Shown: piece by piece, positions 34,197 to 44,522 of the stretch
Layout: the number at the start of each line of letters is the position of its first letter
Numbering within the stretch: the first letter of the stretch is position 1
Assembly: GCA_030765685.1 (NCBI GenBank)
Contig: JAVCCB010000013.1
Coordinates: 4,761-68,760, forward strand
Source of the DNA: Candidatus Tantalella remota
Lineage (GTDB): Bacteria > Omnitrophota > Gorgyraeia > Tantalellales > Tantalellaceae
Reading direction: 5' to 3'
Length of the DNA stretch: 64,000 nucleotides
Program-made: the position numbers and the translations under genes
The notes under the pieces: generated by a model
Told to the model about the DNA's origin: nothing
The model's database searches: none
What the model saw: only the letters and a program-made list of their open reading frames with translations

Positions 34197-34649
34197 ATGG
34201 GAAATAAGAGGGAGGAGCTTCTTAACGAGGCCATTAAGGCGGAATCAAATATGGCACAGCTTTACAGGGTTTACCAGGAGATCTTTACCGAGGACGCTGA
34301 GTTCTGGGGGCAGCTTGTGGAGGAAGAAAAACAGCATGCTTCGATCATCGATATCGGCAGGAATGTCCTCACTGAAGATGACCTGTCGAAGACCTTTCTC
34401 TATAACAACCTTGAAGAGTTGAAAGCGGCCAATAAACTCGTAACTGACATGTCCGTTATGTACAAGGAAGATCCTCCTTCGAGGGAAGACGCGTATCATC
34501 GGGCGATAGAACTTGAGGAAAGGTTTTTCGAGTCCTTCTACCAGGACGCGATAACAGGCGAACCCGGGTCTGAAGAGAAAAAGATCATACAAAAACTTAA
34601 CAGTGACAGCAAAGATCACGCGGCAAGAATAAGGGCGCTGCTGGGATAA
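34197..34649 (+). CDS. Ferritin-like / rubrerythrin-family diiron-type helical protein (150 aa)
   Basis: The start is reassigned to the ATG at 34197 (AGGAGGGGAA RBS). The track ORF 34089 start overlaps the flavin reductase 3' end. E..ExxH-type motifs: EAIKAESNMAQLYRVYQEI...EEEKQHASI. Confidence 0.45.
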   Translation: MGNKREELLNEAIKAESNMAQLYRVYQEIFTEDAEFWGQLVEEEKQHASIIDIGRNVLTEDDLSKTFLYNNLEELKAANKLVTDMSVMYKEDPPSREDAYHRAIELEERFFESFYQDAITGEPGSEEKKIIQKLNSDSKDHAARIRALLG

Positions 34650-34686
34650 CAACAAGCCCTACAGGATCTTTAAGAAAGGAGCTATT

Positions 34687-36279
34687 ATGAAACATTCAAC
34701 AGAAGAAAAAAAGTATGAAGCACTAAGTCCGTTCGAACTCAAGAACAAGCTTATAGCTATGTCCCAAACGCATCACGAGAAAATGATGCTTAACGCGGGT
34801 AGGGGAAACCCCAACTGGGTAGCTATCGCGCCGCGTGAAGGATTTTTTCAGCTGGGGTTTTTCGCTCTCGAAGAATCGCAGCGAACCCCGCACAGGCCGG
34901 GCCTCGGCGGCCCTGCGATAAACGAAGGTATCGCCGACAGATTTAAGGAGTTTCTGGGAGCAAACGCGGGCAAGCCCGGAGTGGATTTTCTTGGCGACAT
35001 CTTTAAATACGTATGTGACGACCTTAAGATAGACGGAGCGGCGTTCCTTAACGAGATGGTCGACGCTATTTTGGGAGATCATTATCCCACGCCCGACAGG
35101 ATGCTCTCTATTTCTGAGCAGATCTCCCACAAATATCTTGAGCAGGAGATGTTCGCCGGCGACAGTTCTGTCGGAAAATTCGATCTTTTTGCCACAGAGG
35201 GCGGCACAGCGGCAATGGATTATATCTTCACCAGCCTTATGGAGAATAAACTTCTCCATAAAGGGGACAAGATCGCGCTCGGCACTCCGATATTCACTCC
35301 GTATCTTGAGATACCGAAACTGAACGATTATGAGTTCATCGAAGTAGAAGTAGCGCAGGATGAAAATTCTGACTGGCAATATCTCGACACTGAGCTAAAA
35401 AAGCTGGAAGACCCGGCGGTCAAAGCCTTTTTTCTGGTAAACCCGTCCAATCCGACTTCCGTCAGTGTAGCCAGCGAGTCGCTGGATAAGATAGCGAAGC
35501 TTGTGAAAGAAAAAAGGCCTGATATCATACTGCTTACCGATGATGTCTACGGTACTTTTGTTAATGGTTTCAGGTCTCTTGCCGCGATCGCGCCGTACAA
35601 TACGATACTGGTCTATTCGTATTCTAAATATTTTGGCGCGACAGGCTGGAGACTGGGTATTATAGGTCTCAGTGAAAACAACATCTTTGACAAGGCCATC
35701 GCGGCCCTGCCCGAAGCGGACAGAAAAGCGCTTCACGAGAGATACAGCTCAGTGACCCTGTACCCTGATAACATGAAACTCATCGACAGGATGGTAGCTG
35801 ACAGCCGGTCCGTGGCGCTCAATCATACCGCGGGATTATCAACGCCGCAGCAGGTACAAATGGTGCTTTTTTCACTGCTTTGCCTGCTCGATGAAAAGAA
35901 CGAATATAAGGCACAGGCTCAGTCTATAGTGAAAAAACGCTTCGAGACGCTGTACAGCGCGATAGGAATGGACGGTCCAAACAATGACTGGGATGCCCGT
36001 TACTACACAACGATCGATGTCCCGAAACTGGCAAAAGAAAGATACGGAGAGGATTTCGCCTCACATATGGTCAAAGACCATGAACCCATAGATTTTGTAT
36101 GGCGTTTGGCGGATGAGAAATCCATTGTTCTTATGGACGGAGGCGGGTTCGACGCGCCGAACATGTCCGTAAGGGTGTCTTTGGCAAACCTGGACGACAG
36201 CGCGTACGACGCGATCGGTAAGGGGATAAGCGATCTTTTAGCGGAGTATCATGCCAGCTGGGAAGAAGAAAAAAAATAA
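34687..36279 (+). CDS. asdA: Aspartate 4-decarboxylase (L-aspartate beta-decarboxylase), PLP-dependent class-I aminotransferase fold
   Basis: 530 aa. N-terminal NAGRGNPNW motif. PLP-lysine region YSYSKYFGATGWRLG. The size and motif set are typical of AsdA. It lies immediately upstream of an AspT-type antiporter. Confidence 0.8.
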   Translation: MKHSTEEKKYEALSPFELKNKLIAMSQTHHEKMMLNAGRGNPNWVAIAPREGFFQLGFFALEESQRTPHRPGLGGPAINEGIADRFKEFLGANAGKPGVDFLGDIFKYVCDDLKIDGAAFLNEMVDAILGDHYPTPDRMLSISEQISHKYLEQEMFAGDSSVGKFDLFATEGGTAAMDYIFTSLMENKLLHKGDKIALGTPIFTPYLEIPKLNDYEFIEVEVAQDENSDWQYLDTELKKLEDPAVKAFFLVNPSNPTSVSVASESLDKIAKLVKEKRPDIILLTDDVYGTFVNGFRSLAAIAPYNTILVYSYSKYFGATGWRLGIIGLSENNIFDKAIAALPEADRKALHERYSSVTLYPDNMKLIDRMVADSRSVALNHTAGLSTPQQVQMVLFSLLCLLDEKNEYKAQAQSIVKKRFETLYSAIGMDGPNNDWDARYYTTIDVPKLAKERYGEDFASHMVKDHEPIDFVWRLADEKSIVLMDGGGFDAPNMSVRVSLANLDDSAYDAIGKGISDLLAEYHASWEEEKK

Positions 36280-36313
36280 TTACCTGAGACTAAAATAATA
36301 TTGGGAGGTGTCT

Positions 36314-37999
36314 ATGTTACACAGTATTGTTGAACTCTGTCGTGAATACCCGCAGGTAGTTCTTTTTCTTGCGCTCGCGATCGGCTATTCTATCGGCAAG
36401 ATCAAGATATTCGGGTTCACCCTGGGGTCTACGGCAGGGTGTCTTTTGGCCGCGCTTGTTCTGGGGCAGATGAATGTTTCAGTCCCGCCGCTTGTGAAAA
36501 CCATAGCATTCGCTCTTTTTATTTTTGCTATAGGATATAAGGTCGGCCCCCAGTTCTTTGGCGCTCTAAAAAAAGACGGCCTTAATTACATATGGATATC
36601 TCTGGTGGTAGCTTTAGTCGGCCTGGCGAGCGCGATAATCTTCGGAAAGATCTTCGGGTTAGGAAGGGGGCTGACGGCGGGCCTTCTTTCAGGAGCCATG
36701 ACGCAATCGTCGGTTATCGGTACCGCTGAAGGAGCGATCTCCCACCTGACAGTGTCGTCCGCGGCTAAGGCGACCATGACAAGCAATGTAGCCGTAGCAT
36801 ATGCTATAACTTACATCTTCGGCACAGCTGGCCTGGTTCTTTTCATGAAGATCGTTCCAAAAATGATGAGGATAGACCTTAAAGCCGAGTCCCGGAAACT
36901 GGAAGCTGAACTTTCCGGAGGAAAAGTCGACCCAACAGAAGAAAACCCGGATCTCTTTAACTGGCACAAGCGGCTTGGTCTTCGGGCGTACAGGGTCGAG
37001 AACGCGAACGTAGCCGGCAAAACCGTGCAGGAACTGAAGGGCATGTTCTCTGTCAATGTCGCGGTAGACAGGATAAAGCGCGGAACGGAGATAATCGAAC
37101 CCAAGCTTGATACCGTCCTGCAGTCAGGCGACATAGTCGGGATCGTGGGCCGGCGTTCTGAAATAATAACCGGAGAGAAGATCCTAGGCCCTGAGATCTC
37201 AGACAAAGACATTGAAGCTCTTGTTGGAGAGATCCTCAGGATAGTGGTTCTAAAAAAAGAAGCTGTTGGAAAAACTCTGGGAGAGGTCAGCGACACCGTG
37301 GGTCACGGCTGTTTCTTAAGAAAATTCACCAGGCAGGGGCATGAGCTGCCTATCTCAAAAAACATCCATCTTAGCAAGTGTGATGTCCTGGAAGTCGCCG
37401 GGTCAAAAACGGATGTTGAGAACTTTACCAAAGCTGTCGGGTACCCCGAACGGACTACCATTACCACGGATCTCGCGATGGTAGGTCTTGGATGCATGCT
37501 GGGGACTCTTCTGGGGATCGTTTCAGTACCCATTTTTGGTATACCGATAACACTTGGTGTCGGTGGCGGGGTTCTTGTCTCGGGGCTCGTTTTCGGTTGG
37601 CTAAGAGCCGTTCATCCCACCTTCGGACAGGTTCCCACCGAGACCCAATGGGTATTCACGGATCTGGGATTGAACCTTTTTATCGCTTGTGTAGGGCTTA
37701 TCGCTGGGCCAAGGGCTCTCCATGCCCTCCAGACGACAGGCGGGACGCTGTTCTTTCTGGGAGTTGCCGTAACGCTTATCCCTGCAGTAGCGGGTCTTTT
37801 ATTCGGCAAATACATCCTCAGGTTAAATCCTGTTCTTCTTTTCGGGGCGATAACGGGGGCTGAAACATGTACGGCATCTCTTAACGCTTTGAAAGAAGAG
37901 TGTGACAGCGCGGCACCGGCACTTGGATATACGGTCTGCTACGCGTTCGGCAATGTTATCCTGACAATATGGGGAACTGTAATAGTTTTTGCAATGTAG
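36314..37999 (+). CDS. aspT: Aspartate:alanine antiporter (AAE family, YidE/YbjL duplicated transporter with two central TrkA_C/RCK_C-like domains)
   Basis: N-terminus MLHSIVELCREYPQVVLFLALAIGYSIGKIKIFGFTLGSTAGCLLAALVLGQ is characteristic of the AAE family. There is an internal soluble region (~aa 200-380) with two RCK_C-like repeats, and a second TM bundle at the C-terminus. GGAGG lies 5 nt before the ATG at 36314 (the track start 36308 is a GTG). Confidence 0.8.
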   Translation: MLHSIVELCREYPQVVLFLALAIGYSIGKIKIFGFTLGSTAGCLLAALVLGQMNVSVPPLVKTIAFALFIFAIGYKVGPQFFGALKKDGLNYIWISLVVALVGLASAIIFGKIFGLGRGLTAGLLSGAMTQSSVIGTAEGAISHLTVSSAAKATMTSNVAVAYAITYIFGTAGLVLFMKIVPKMMRIDLKAESRKLEAELSGGKVDPTEENPDLFNWHKRLGLRAYRVENANVAGKTVQELKGMFSVNVAVDRIKRGTEIIEPKLDTVLQSGDIVGIVGRRSEIITGEKILGPEISDKDIEALVGEILRIVVLKKEAVGKTLGEVSDTVGHGCFLRKFTRQGHELPISKNIHLSKCDVLEVAGSKTDVENFTKAVGYPERTTITTDLAMVGLGCMLGTLLGIVSVPIFGIPITLGVGGGVLVSGLVFGWLRAVHPTFGQVPTETQWVFTDLGLNLFIACVGLIAGPRALHALQTTGGTLFFLGVAVTLIPAVAGLLFGKYILRLNPVLLFGAITGAETCTASLNALKEECDSAAPALGYTVCYAFGNVILTIWGTVIVFAM

Positions 38000-38025
38000 C
38001 AAAAGTTACTTCGAAAGGATGAGCT

Positions 38026-39084
38026 ATGAAATTTATTAAATTTTTTGTTGTAGCCGTGGGGTTCCTTATGGCTTTCGGTATTATTGCATCAGTCGCGCAG
38101 GCGGAACTGCCGACTGTAGCAATTGTATCCACAGGCGGAACTATAGCCGAAAAAGTTGATCCAAAGACCGGGGGAGCTGTTCCCGCGCTTTCGGGAAAAG
38201 ATCTTACAGAAGCCGTACCGGGCCTGGGAAAATTGGCGAATATCGAAGTTACGAGTTTTTGCAACATAGACAGTTCTCAGATGTCTCCGGGGATATGGGC
38301 AAACCTGTCAAAAAAAGTCGATGAAGTCCTCGCCGATCCAAAGGTGAGAGGCGCGGTCATAACTCACGGTACGGACACCATGGCCGAAGGAGCTTATTTC
38401 CTGGATCTTACGCTTAAAAGCAATAAGCCTGTCGTTTTTGTCGGAGCCATGCGTGACGCGTCAGATCTTTCACCGGACGGACCCGCGAATATCTACAATG
38501 CCGTACTCCAGGTACTTTCGGATAAGGCGAAAGACTGGGGCGTAACGGTGACCCTAAACAACTATATAAACTCCGCACGTGACGTAAGAAAGACTAATTC
38601 CGTGAACGTCCAGACTTTTCTTTCAGGGGAAAAGGGATATCTGGGATATATCTCAATGGGAAAGGTGCTTCGTTATAACGACCGTCTTGACCGTCAGAAG
38701 TTTCCGGTTCCGAAAAAACTCCCTAAGGTCGTACTCCTCTCGACTTATTCCGGCGCCAACGGCAGTCTTCTGCGTTACGCGGCAGACCAGGGCGCGGAGG
38801 GCATAGTCATAGAAGGTGTGGGCGCGGGTAACGTAAACGCCGAAGTATTCAAGGCAGTTCAGTACGCGCTAGCGAAAAATATTGCTATTGTTCTTACTAC
38901 ACGGGTATACCATGGCGGCGCTTTTCCCATTTATGGAGATAAGGGCGGCGGAAGGACCTTGCAGGAATCCGGTGTTATCATGGGCGGTAATCTCACCGGC
39001 CCCAAAGCGAGGATCCTCCTGATAATGGCACTGCCCGAGGTTGAAGGCGACAACGCCAAGCTTCAGAAATACTTCAAATATTGA
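38026..39084 (+). CDS. Periplasmic L-asparaginase (type II) with a signal peptide
   Basis: Signal peptide MKFIKFFVVAVGFLMAFGIIASVAQA. Asparaginase signature TGGTIAEK plus GAVITHGTDTMAE and the C-terminal motif IVIEGVGAGN. Confidence 0.85.
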   Translation: MKFIKFFVVAVGFLMAFGIIASVAQAELPTVAIVSTGGTIAEKVDPKTGGAVPALSGKDLTEAVPGLGKLANIEVTSFCNIDSSQMSPGIWANLSKKVDEVLADPKVRGAVITHGTDTMAEGAYFLDLTLKSNKPVVFVGAMRDASDLSPDGPANIYNAVLQVLSDKAKDWGVTVTLNNYINSARDVRKTNSVNVQTFLSGEKGYLGYISMGKVLRYNDRLDRQKFPVPKKLPKVVLLSTYSGANGSLLRYAADQGAEGIVIEGVGAGNVNAEVFKAVQYALAKNIAIVLTTRVYHGGAFPIYGDKGGGRTLQESGVIMGGNLTGPKARILLIMALPEVEGDNAKLQKYFKY

Positions 39085-39111
39085 TGTTGAGTAACAAGCC
39101 AACACATAAAA

Positions 39112-39141
39112 GCGGCCTGGTTTAATACCAGGCCGCTTTTT
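39112..39141 (+). terminator. Intrinsic terminator after the asparaginase gene
   Basis: gcggcctggt-ttaata-accaggccgc followed by ttttt. Confidence 0.7.
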
Positions 39142-39268
39142 GCTAGCCTTCATGCGCATAGAAGATTAAGACTGAGGTTAAGGTTGAGTTGCAATTCTTC
39201 TTCTGGGCTTTGCCTAAATCTCAACCTTAGCCTTAACCTGTTTATTCATTTGTGATTTTTAGCCAAAC

Positions 39269-39862
39269 ATGATAAAATTTTATCTGATAAATATGAAAAA
39301 AACATTATACATACTGGTAATAGGGGTTATTCTCATCTGTTTTTCGACGATTACGTACGCGCAAAGCATAAAACCCGAGCTTTCCTTTGATAATGAGACC
39401 TATTATCTCAAGTATTCGGAGATCTCCCCGATGTCCGATGGGTATATGAACGAATACCTTCGCAATGATGAGACGCTGGACTCCTGGAAACAGCGGGTGG
39501 CTGTGTACCATTTTCCGAATCTCGACTCACCGCTACAGGCAGCTAAAGACCTGGCAATATCTCTTAAACAAGCGAATCCGGACACAAAGTTCCAACTTCT
39601 GGAGAACAAGAAGACGGGCGAGACCATTCTCGACTTCTTCGTAGTATCAAAAGAAGAACCTGTGATGCACGAATACAATGTCTTTCGGTATTCTACGGAA
39701 AAAGGTATGGACGGCCTGGTCGCTTACCAGTTCGCTTACAGAACGTACGGACAGGAGTCTTTCAACACTTTCAAAAAAGCATTCAAGAAAAACCGGCCTA
39801 AATGGGTCAATCTTATCGCTAAAGTCAAAATACCCCCGGTAATAGAAAAACCGATCAACTAA
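39269..39862 (+). CDS. Secreted hypothetical protein (197 aa)
   Basis: Signal peptide MKKTLYILVIGVILICFSTITYAQS. No recognisable motif. Confidence 0.55.
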   Translation: MIKFYLINMKKTLYILVIGVILICFSTITYAQSIKPELSFDNETYYLKYSEISPMSDGYMNEYLRNDETLDSWKQRVAVYHFPNLDSPLQAAKDLAISLKQANPDTKFQLLENKKTGETILDFFVVSKEEPVMHEYNVFRYSTEKGMDGLVAYQFAYRTYGQESFNTFKKAFKKNRPKWVNLIAKVKIPPVIEKPIN

Positions 39863-39889
39863 CTCTTTCACAACACTAAGACAGGCATT

Positions 39890-40714
39890 ATGAAGATAAA
39901 CATAGCATACTTCACGTCGACGGGTAATACCTTATGGCTTGGGATGAAAGCTAAAGAATTAATGGAACAAGAGGGGCACGAAGTATCTTTATTCGAGATA
40001 ATCAAAGACGCCGCCTTTTTTGATATTCAAAATTGTGATATGATCGGATTTTTGTATCCTGTATGGGGGTCAAATCCGCCCGACCCCATGGTGGATTATC
40101 TTGAGAAAATGCCGGAAGGGAAAGGGAAAAAAATGTTCTTTGTCGGTAACTGTTGCTCCTTTACCGGAGACACCGGTCTCAGATGGAAGAAAATTCTTGA
40201 GAAAAAAGGCTATGACGTCTTTTATCTGGATCATATTATAATGCCTACCAATATGAATATTCCATGGCTTCCAGAAAACGCGATAAAAAAGGTTCCGGTT
40301 GGGGTAGAGTTACGAAAGATACTCTCTGAAGCTGAAATAAAACTGCGGGAAGTATGTGATTCTATCCTGAAAGGCAAAAATAAGGTTGAAGGAAGAGGGC
40401 CCATATCCAGATTGGGCGGTTTTATGCAACGAAATTTCTACTGGACAGCCGATTGGTACAAATCCCGGTACATGGTAAACAAAGAACGTTGCGTAAAATG
40501 CGGCTTGTGCTATAGGGTCTGCCCGACAGGAAACATCAAAAGGAGTGAAGATGGAGAGATAAGTTTCGATGGAAAGTGTATTTTATGTATGAAATGCTAT
40601 AACCTGTGTCCTGTAGACGCCGTTCTTGTTTGCGCGCGAAGTATTGATGATAAAGGATACAGAAGATATAAAGGCCCCGACAAGAACATAAGACCGGTAG
40701 AATACAGAAAATAG
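39890..40714 (+). CDS. Flavodoxin-like domain fused to a 2x[4Fe-4S] ferredoxin domain (EFR1-type)
   Basis: N-terminal flavodoxin motif INIAYFTSTGNT. C-terminal CVKCGLCYRVCP and CILCMKCYNLCP. Confidence 0.7.
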   Translation: MKINIAYFTSTGNTLWLGMKAKELMEQEGHEVSLFEIIKDAAFFDIQNCDMIGFLYPVWGSNPPDPMVDYLEKMPEGKGKKMFFVGNCCSFTGDTGLRWKKILEKKGYDVFYLDHIIMPTNMNIPWLPENAIKKVPVGVELRKILSEAEIKLREVCDSILKGKNKVEGRGPISRLGGFMQRNFYWTADWYKSRYMVNKERCVKCGLCYRVCPTGNIKRSEDGEISFDGKCILCMKCYNLCPVDAVLVCARSIDDKGYRRYKGPDKNIRPVEYRK

Positions 40715-40857
40715 TAAGCGCGGTATTTGCTCATTCTGAGGATAGGTCCGCAAATAACACCCCACCCGGCAGAGTAAGGTTAAGATTTAGGTTAAGGTTT
40801 AGTTTTATGTGTTTTCTTAATCTCAACCTCAAACTCAACCTTTCTTACACCTGTTTA

Positions 40858-41838
40858 CTATATTCCTTCCTTTATTCTCGTGATTTGTTTTGCGAGGTCG
40901 TTTATTTCTGTTTGCCAGTAATCGTTCGTGCCCCAGCCGGGGGCGAGGGCACTGAACCCGCCGTCGGCTACCTGATGGGCGCACCATGCTGTGAAATGGA
41001 TGTAGCGCATCGCTCGTAGCGGCTCTATGAGTTTAAGGCTCGTGCGGTCAAAATCTCTGAACGTTTCATATCCTTCAATAAACAGGTTCAGTTCATGCCT
41101 TGAATCCTTAAGATATCCCGGAAGCAGCATCCATACGTCATGTATCGGCGTCCCCATGGCCATGTCATCAAAATCTATGATATAGAACGATTCATCAGAA
41201 CGGTAGATGATATTTGCCGAATAACAGTCACCGTGTATCCTGATTAGAGGTTTACCTTCAAAAAGAGGGCCTATCAGACCCAGAAGTTCTTCTGTTATAT
41301 CCGTAAACTGCCCGGAGAAACCCGAGGGAACCAGGCCGCGGTTCTTGATGAAATCTATATGGTCGCGTGTGACGCTATTTGGGGTGAGGGTGATGCGGTC
41401 TTTTGGTGTTCGTTTAGCTCCCACGTTATGTACCCTTGCCATGAGTCGTCCAAGCTCAAGCCATTGTTCCTCTGAGAATTCATCACAGTTACGGCCGCTT
41501 TTTTTGGGAAAGACAGCGAACATGATATCCCCGGCTTTACCAATAGTCTTTGAATCCTTCAGTAGTAGGGGAGCAATGACTGGTATTTCGTCTTGCTCGA
41601 GTTCCAGGAGAAAATCGTGCTCGTCCTGAAGCGCTTCTTTTGACCATCTACTCGGGCGATAAAATTTAATGACAACACCGGCCCCATCTTCCGAGGCAAG
41701 CTCGAAAATACGGTTAATATAGCTCTTATAAGGACGGCACAATCCGGTCATGCGCGTTCCAAGCTCTTCTTCGGCAAAAGCGATGATCGTCTCATGCGTC
41801 AGCGAAGCAAAATGTGGTGTCTGGTCTGTTGTGTTCAT
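40858..41838 (-). CDS. APH-fold protein kinase, SrkA/YihE (stress response kinase A)-like
   Basis: 326 aa. Catalytic loop IHGDCYSANIIY and DFDDMAMG (Brenner motif HGDxxxxN ... D(F/L)DD). Confidence 0.7.
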   Translation of the reverse strand: MNTTDQTPHFASLTHETIIAFAEEELGTRMTGLCRPYKSYINRIFELASEDGAGVVIKFYRPSRWSKEALQDEHDFLLELEQDEIPVIAPLLLKDSKTIGKAGDIMFAVFPKKSGRNCDEFSEEQWLELGRLMARVHNVGAKRTPKDRITLTPNSVTRDHIDFIKNRGLVPSGFSGQFTDITEELLGLIGPLFEGKPLIRIHGDCYSANIIYRSDESFYIIDFDDMAMGTPIHDVWMLLPGYLKDSRHELNLFIEGYETFRDFDRTSLKLIEPLRAMRYIHFTAWCAHQVADGGFSALAPGWGTNDYWQTEINDLAKQITRIKEGI

Positions 41839-42139
41839 GTGTCACAGTATATCGTATATTGCGGGTAAAGGGAACGCTAAACAGTCATCAGTGACCAGTC
41901 ATCAGGGATCAGTCCCGGGTATCGGGCAATCAGGTAATTGGGGACTGGGGTATCAGGGAAAGGTTAGCAAACTGCTTTTGTCCCTAATGTCCCAATATCC
42001 TGATAGCCTAGTCCCCAATATACTAATAACCTGATATCCTTATTTTCTGCATCCGAATAACGACCCCCAAACACTGGGATGACAAGATCGACTAAATACT
42101 ATATACTACATACTAAATAGCGACCACAATAAGGATATT

Positions 42140-43366
42140 ATGACTATAATTATCGGCGGTGGACCGGCCGGGATGATGGCTGCGATAAGTGCCGGGTCTC
42201 ATGAAACGGAAGTCACGCTTATAGAGAAAAATGAATATCTCGGAAGAAAACTCCTGATAACGGGCGGAGGGCGGTGCAATCTGACTAATGCCTGCTCTGG
42301 AGAAGCCTTTATATCCCGTTATTCTAAAACGGGAAATTTTTTAAGGAACGCTTTTCGGGGTTTTGACAATACTGACCTTATATCATTCTTTTCCGAGAGA
42401 GGATTAGGGATAAGAGCCGAAGATGACGGAAGGATCTTTCCCGTAACAGATAAGGCGTCGAGCGTCCTGGATATTCTTATAGAAGAATTGGAAAAGCTTA
42501 AAATAAACGTTCTCAGCAAGACAAGCGTTAAGGAAGTACTTCTTTCAGGAAATACCATAAAAGGTGTCTTATGCGCGGATGGCACAAGGCTCGAGGCAGA
42601 TAAGGTCATTATCGCTACCGGAGGGGTCTCATACAAGGCAACAGGATCTACCGGTGACGGGATCAAAATGGCGGAGAAACTGGGGCACAAAATAATCCCG
42701 CTTAAACCGGCACTCGTGGCTTTGACTTTAGAAAGCACTGTTCCCAAAAGGCTAGAAGGGGTCTCCCTCGATGATGTAAAACTCATATATAGATCTGAAA
42801 AGAAAAAAGTCGTATCTCAAAAAGGGAGTATAATTTTCACAAAAGATGGCTTGTCCGGCCCCGTAACGCTTTCTTCAAGTTCTAAGGTGGTGGATTGGCT
42901 GGAGGACGGTAAAAAGGTATCTCTCGGGATAGACATACTGCCTGATCTTTCTTCCGAAGGCTCAGAAAAAATGCTTATAAAGATATTTTCAGAGGCTTCT
43001 GGAAAAGGGATAAAAAATATACTGAAAGAGTTTGTGCCTGTACGGGTCGGCGAGATCCTGCTGGAGCTTTCAGGGATCCCGCAGGATAAACAGGCCAGTC
43101 AAATAACATCGAAGGAAAGAAAAAGTCTTTTAATGCTTTTAAAGAGTTTAAAATTCGAGATTGCTAATACCGTATTATTTGAAAGGGCACGAATAACGCG
43201 CGGAGGTGTCTCGACTAAAGAGATAGACCCCAGGACAATGGAGTCAAAGAAGATAAAGGGTCTTTTTTTTGCCGGAGAGATGATAGATGTAGACGGTGAT
43301 TGCGGCGGTTTTAACCTCCAAGCGGCGTTTTCGACGGGATATTTGGCGGGGAGTTCCGGAATCTAA
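42140..43366 (+). CDS. HI0933/YhiN-family NAD(P)/FAD-dependent flavoprotein (BaiN/aminoacetone-oxidase-like)
   Basis: IIGGGPAGMMAA dinucleotide motif and the family signature TGGGRCNLTN. 408 aa. Confidence 0.8.
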   Translation: MTIIIGGGPAGMMAAISAGSHETEVTLIEKNEYLGRKLLITGGGRCNLTNACSGEAFISRYSKTGNFLRNAFRGFDNTDLISFFSERGLGIRAEDDGRIFPVTDKASSVLDILIEELEKLKINVLSKTSVKEVLLSGNTIKGVLCADGTRLEADKVIIATGGVSYKATGSTGDGIKMAEKLGHKIIPLKPALVALTLESTVPKRLEGVSLDDVKLIYRSEKKKVVSQKGSIIFTKDGLSGPVTLSSSSKVVDWLEDGKKVSLGIDILPDLSSEGSEKMLIKIFSEASGKGIKNILKEFVPVRVGEILLELSGIPQDKQASQITSKERKSLLMLLKSLKFEIANTVLFERARITRGGVSTKEIDPRTMESKKIKGLFFAGEMIDVDGDCGGFNLQAAFSTGYLAGSSGI

Positions 43367-43474
43367 ATGGTACGGGTTAAATAGCGGAAGACTACGTCAT
43401 TTAAGCCGCCTTTTTTCTTTTATGGATAAAACGCTTGTGCTAAAATACTTTAACCAAAATAAGGAGGTAAAGAT

Positions 43475-44287
43475 ATGCAGGAAGTAATGAACAAGATCTA
43501 TGAGTATATTGCAACATACGGACTTAATGTACTCGCCGCGGCACTAATATTTTTTATAGGTAGATGGCTGGCAGGAGTTGTAGCGAATCTTCTGGAAAAG
43601 ATGATGAATAAAACAAATCTGGACGCGACCCTGGCAACCTTTGTTAAGAACATCGCATACGTCGCTTTGCTTATTTTTGTCTTCATCGCGGCTTTGGGGA
43701 AACTTGGGGTGCAGACGACTTCATTTATAGCCGTCATCGGTGCCGCCGGTTTGGCCGTAGGCCTCGCGCTGCAGGGTTCTCTGGCAAACTTCGCGGCAGG
43801 AGTGCTTCTCATAATGTTCAAGCCTTTTAAAACAGGTGATTTTATTGAAGGCGCGGGCACGATGGGGACCGTTAAAGAAGTACATATTTTCAATACGATC
43901 ATAAGCACCCCAGATAACAAGAAAGTGATAATACCGAACGCCAAGATAACGAACGATAATATCACAAATTTCAGCGCTATAGACCAGAGACGTATTGACC
44001 TTGTATTCGGCATCTCATATGACGATGATATCAGAAAAGCAAAAGAGGTCCTTCTGGGCATTATCAGCAGCGACGACAGAGTGCTGAAAGATCCGGAACC
44101 TGTGGTAGCCGTCTCCGAGCTCGGCGACAGCAGCGTAAACATGGTATGCCGTCCATGGGTAAAGCCCGAAAATTACTGGGCTGTGCGTTTTGACACGCTT
44201 GAAAAAGGAAAAATAGAACTCGAAGCGGCCGGTATTACCATACCGTTCCCGCAAAGTGATGTCCATCTCTTTGAGAAAGAAAAGTAA
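43475..44287 (+). CDS. mscS: Small-conductance mechanosensitive channel
   Basis: Three N-terminal TM helices. Pore helix region GLAVGLALQGSLANFAAGVLLIMFKPFKTGDFIE. C-terminal beta domain. Strong RBS AAGGAGG. Confidence 0.85.
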   Translation: MQEVMNKIYEYIATYGLNVLAAALIFFIGRWLAGVVANLLEKMMNKTNLDATLATFVKNIAYVALLIFVFIAALGKLGVQTTSFIAVIGAAGLAVGLALQGSLANFAAGVLLIMFKPFKTGDFIEGAGTMGTVKEVHIFNTIISTPDNKKVIIPNAKITNDNITNFSAIDQRRIDLVFGISYDDDIRKAKEVLLGIISSDDRVLKDPEPVVAVSELGDSSVNMVCRPWVKPENYWAVRFDTLEKGKIELEAAGITIPFPQSDVHLFEKEK

Positions 44288-44349
44288 ATCAACACTCGCG
44301 AATATCTCCCGCCTTGCAAAAACAAGGCGGGAGACGCACCTCACCTCAT

Positions 44350-44450
44350 AAATCCAAAACCCAAAGCCCAAAATCCTAAGTAGCTATTTGGGTTTTGCCA
44401 TTTGGATTTCATTTGATATTTGGATTTAATAATTTGGATTTCCCAAATAG
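44350..44450. repeat. AAATCCAAA / TTTGGATTT hairpin repeat family, copy 1. Other copies are at 45012..45135 and 50311..50400.
   Basis: aaatccaaaacccaaagcccaaaatcc...atttggatttcatttg-tcatttggattt is shared by all three loci. Each sits 3' of a gene or between convergent genes. Confidence 0.55.
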
Positions 44451-44522
44451 CATAAATGCTACTTTGGGGGAACTTTTTTCGCGCTTTCTTCGTCAAAGAT
44501 AGTAGAAGGAGGGAGGTACGCT

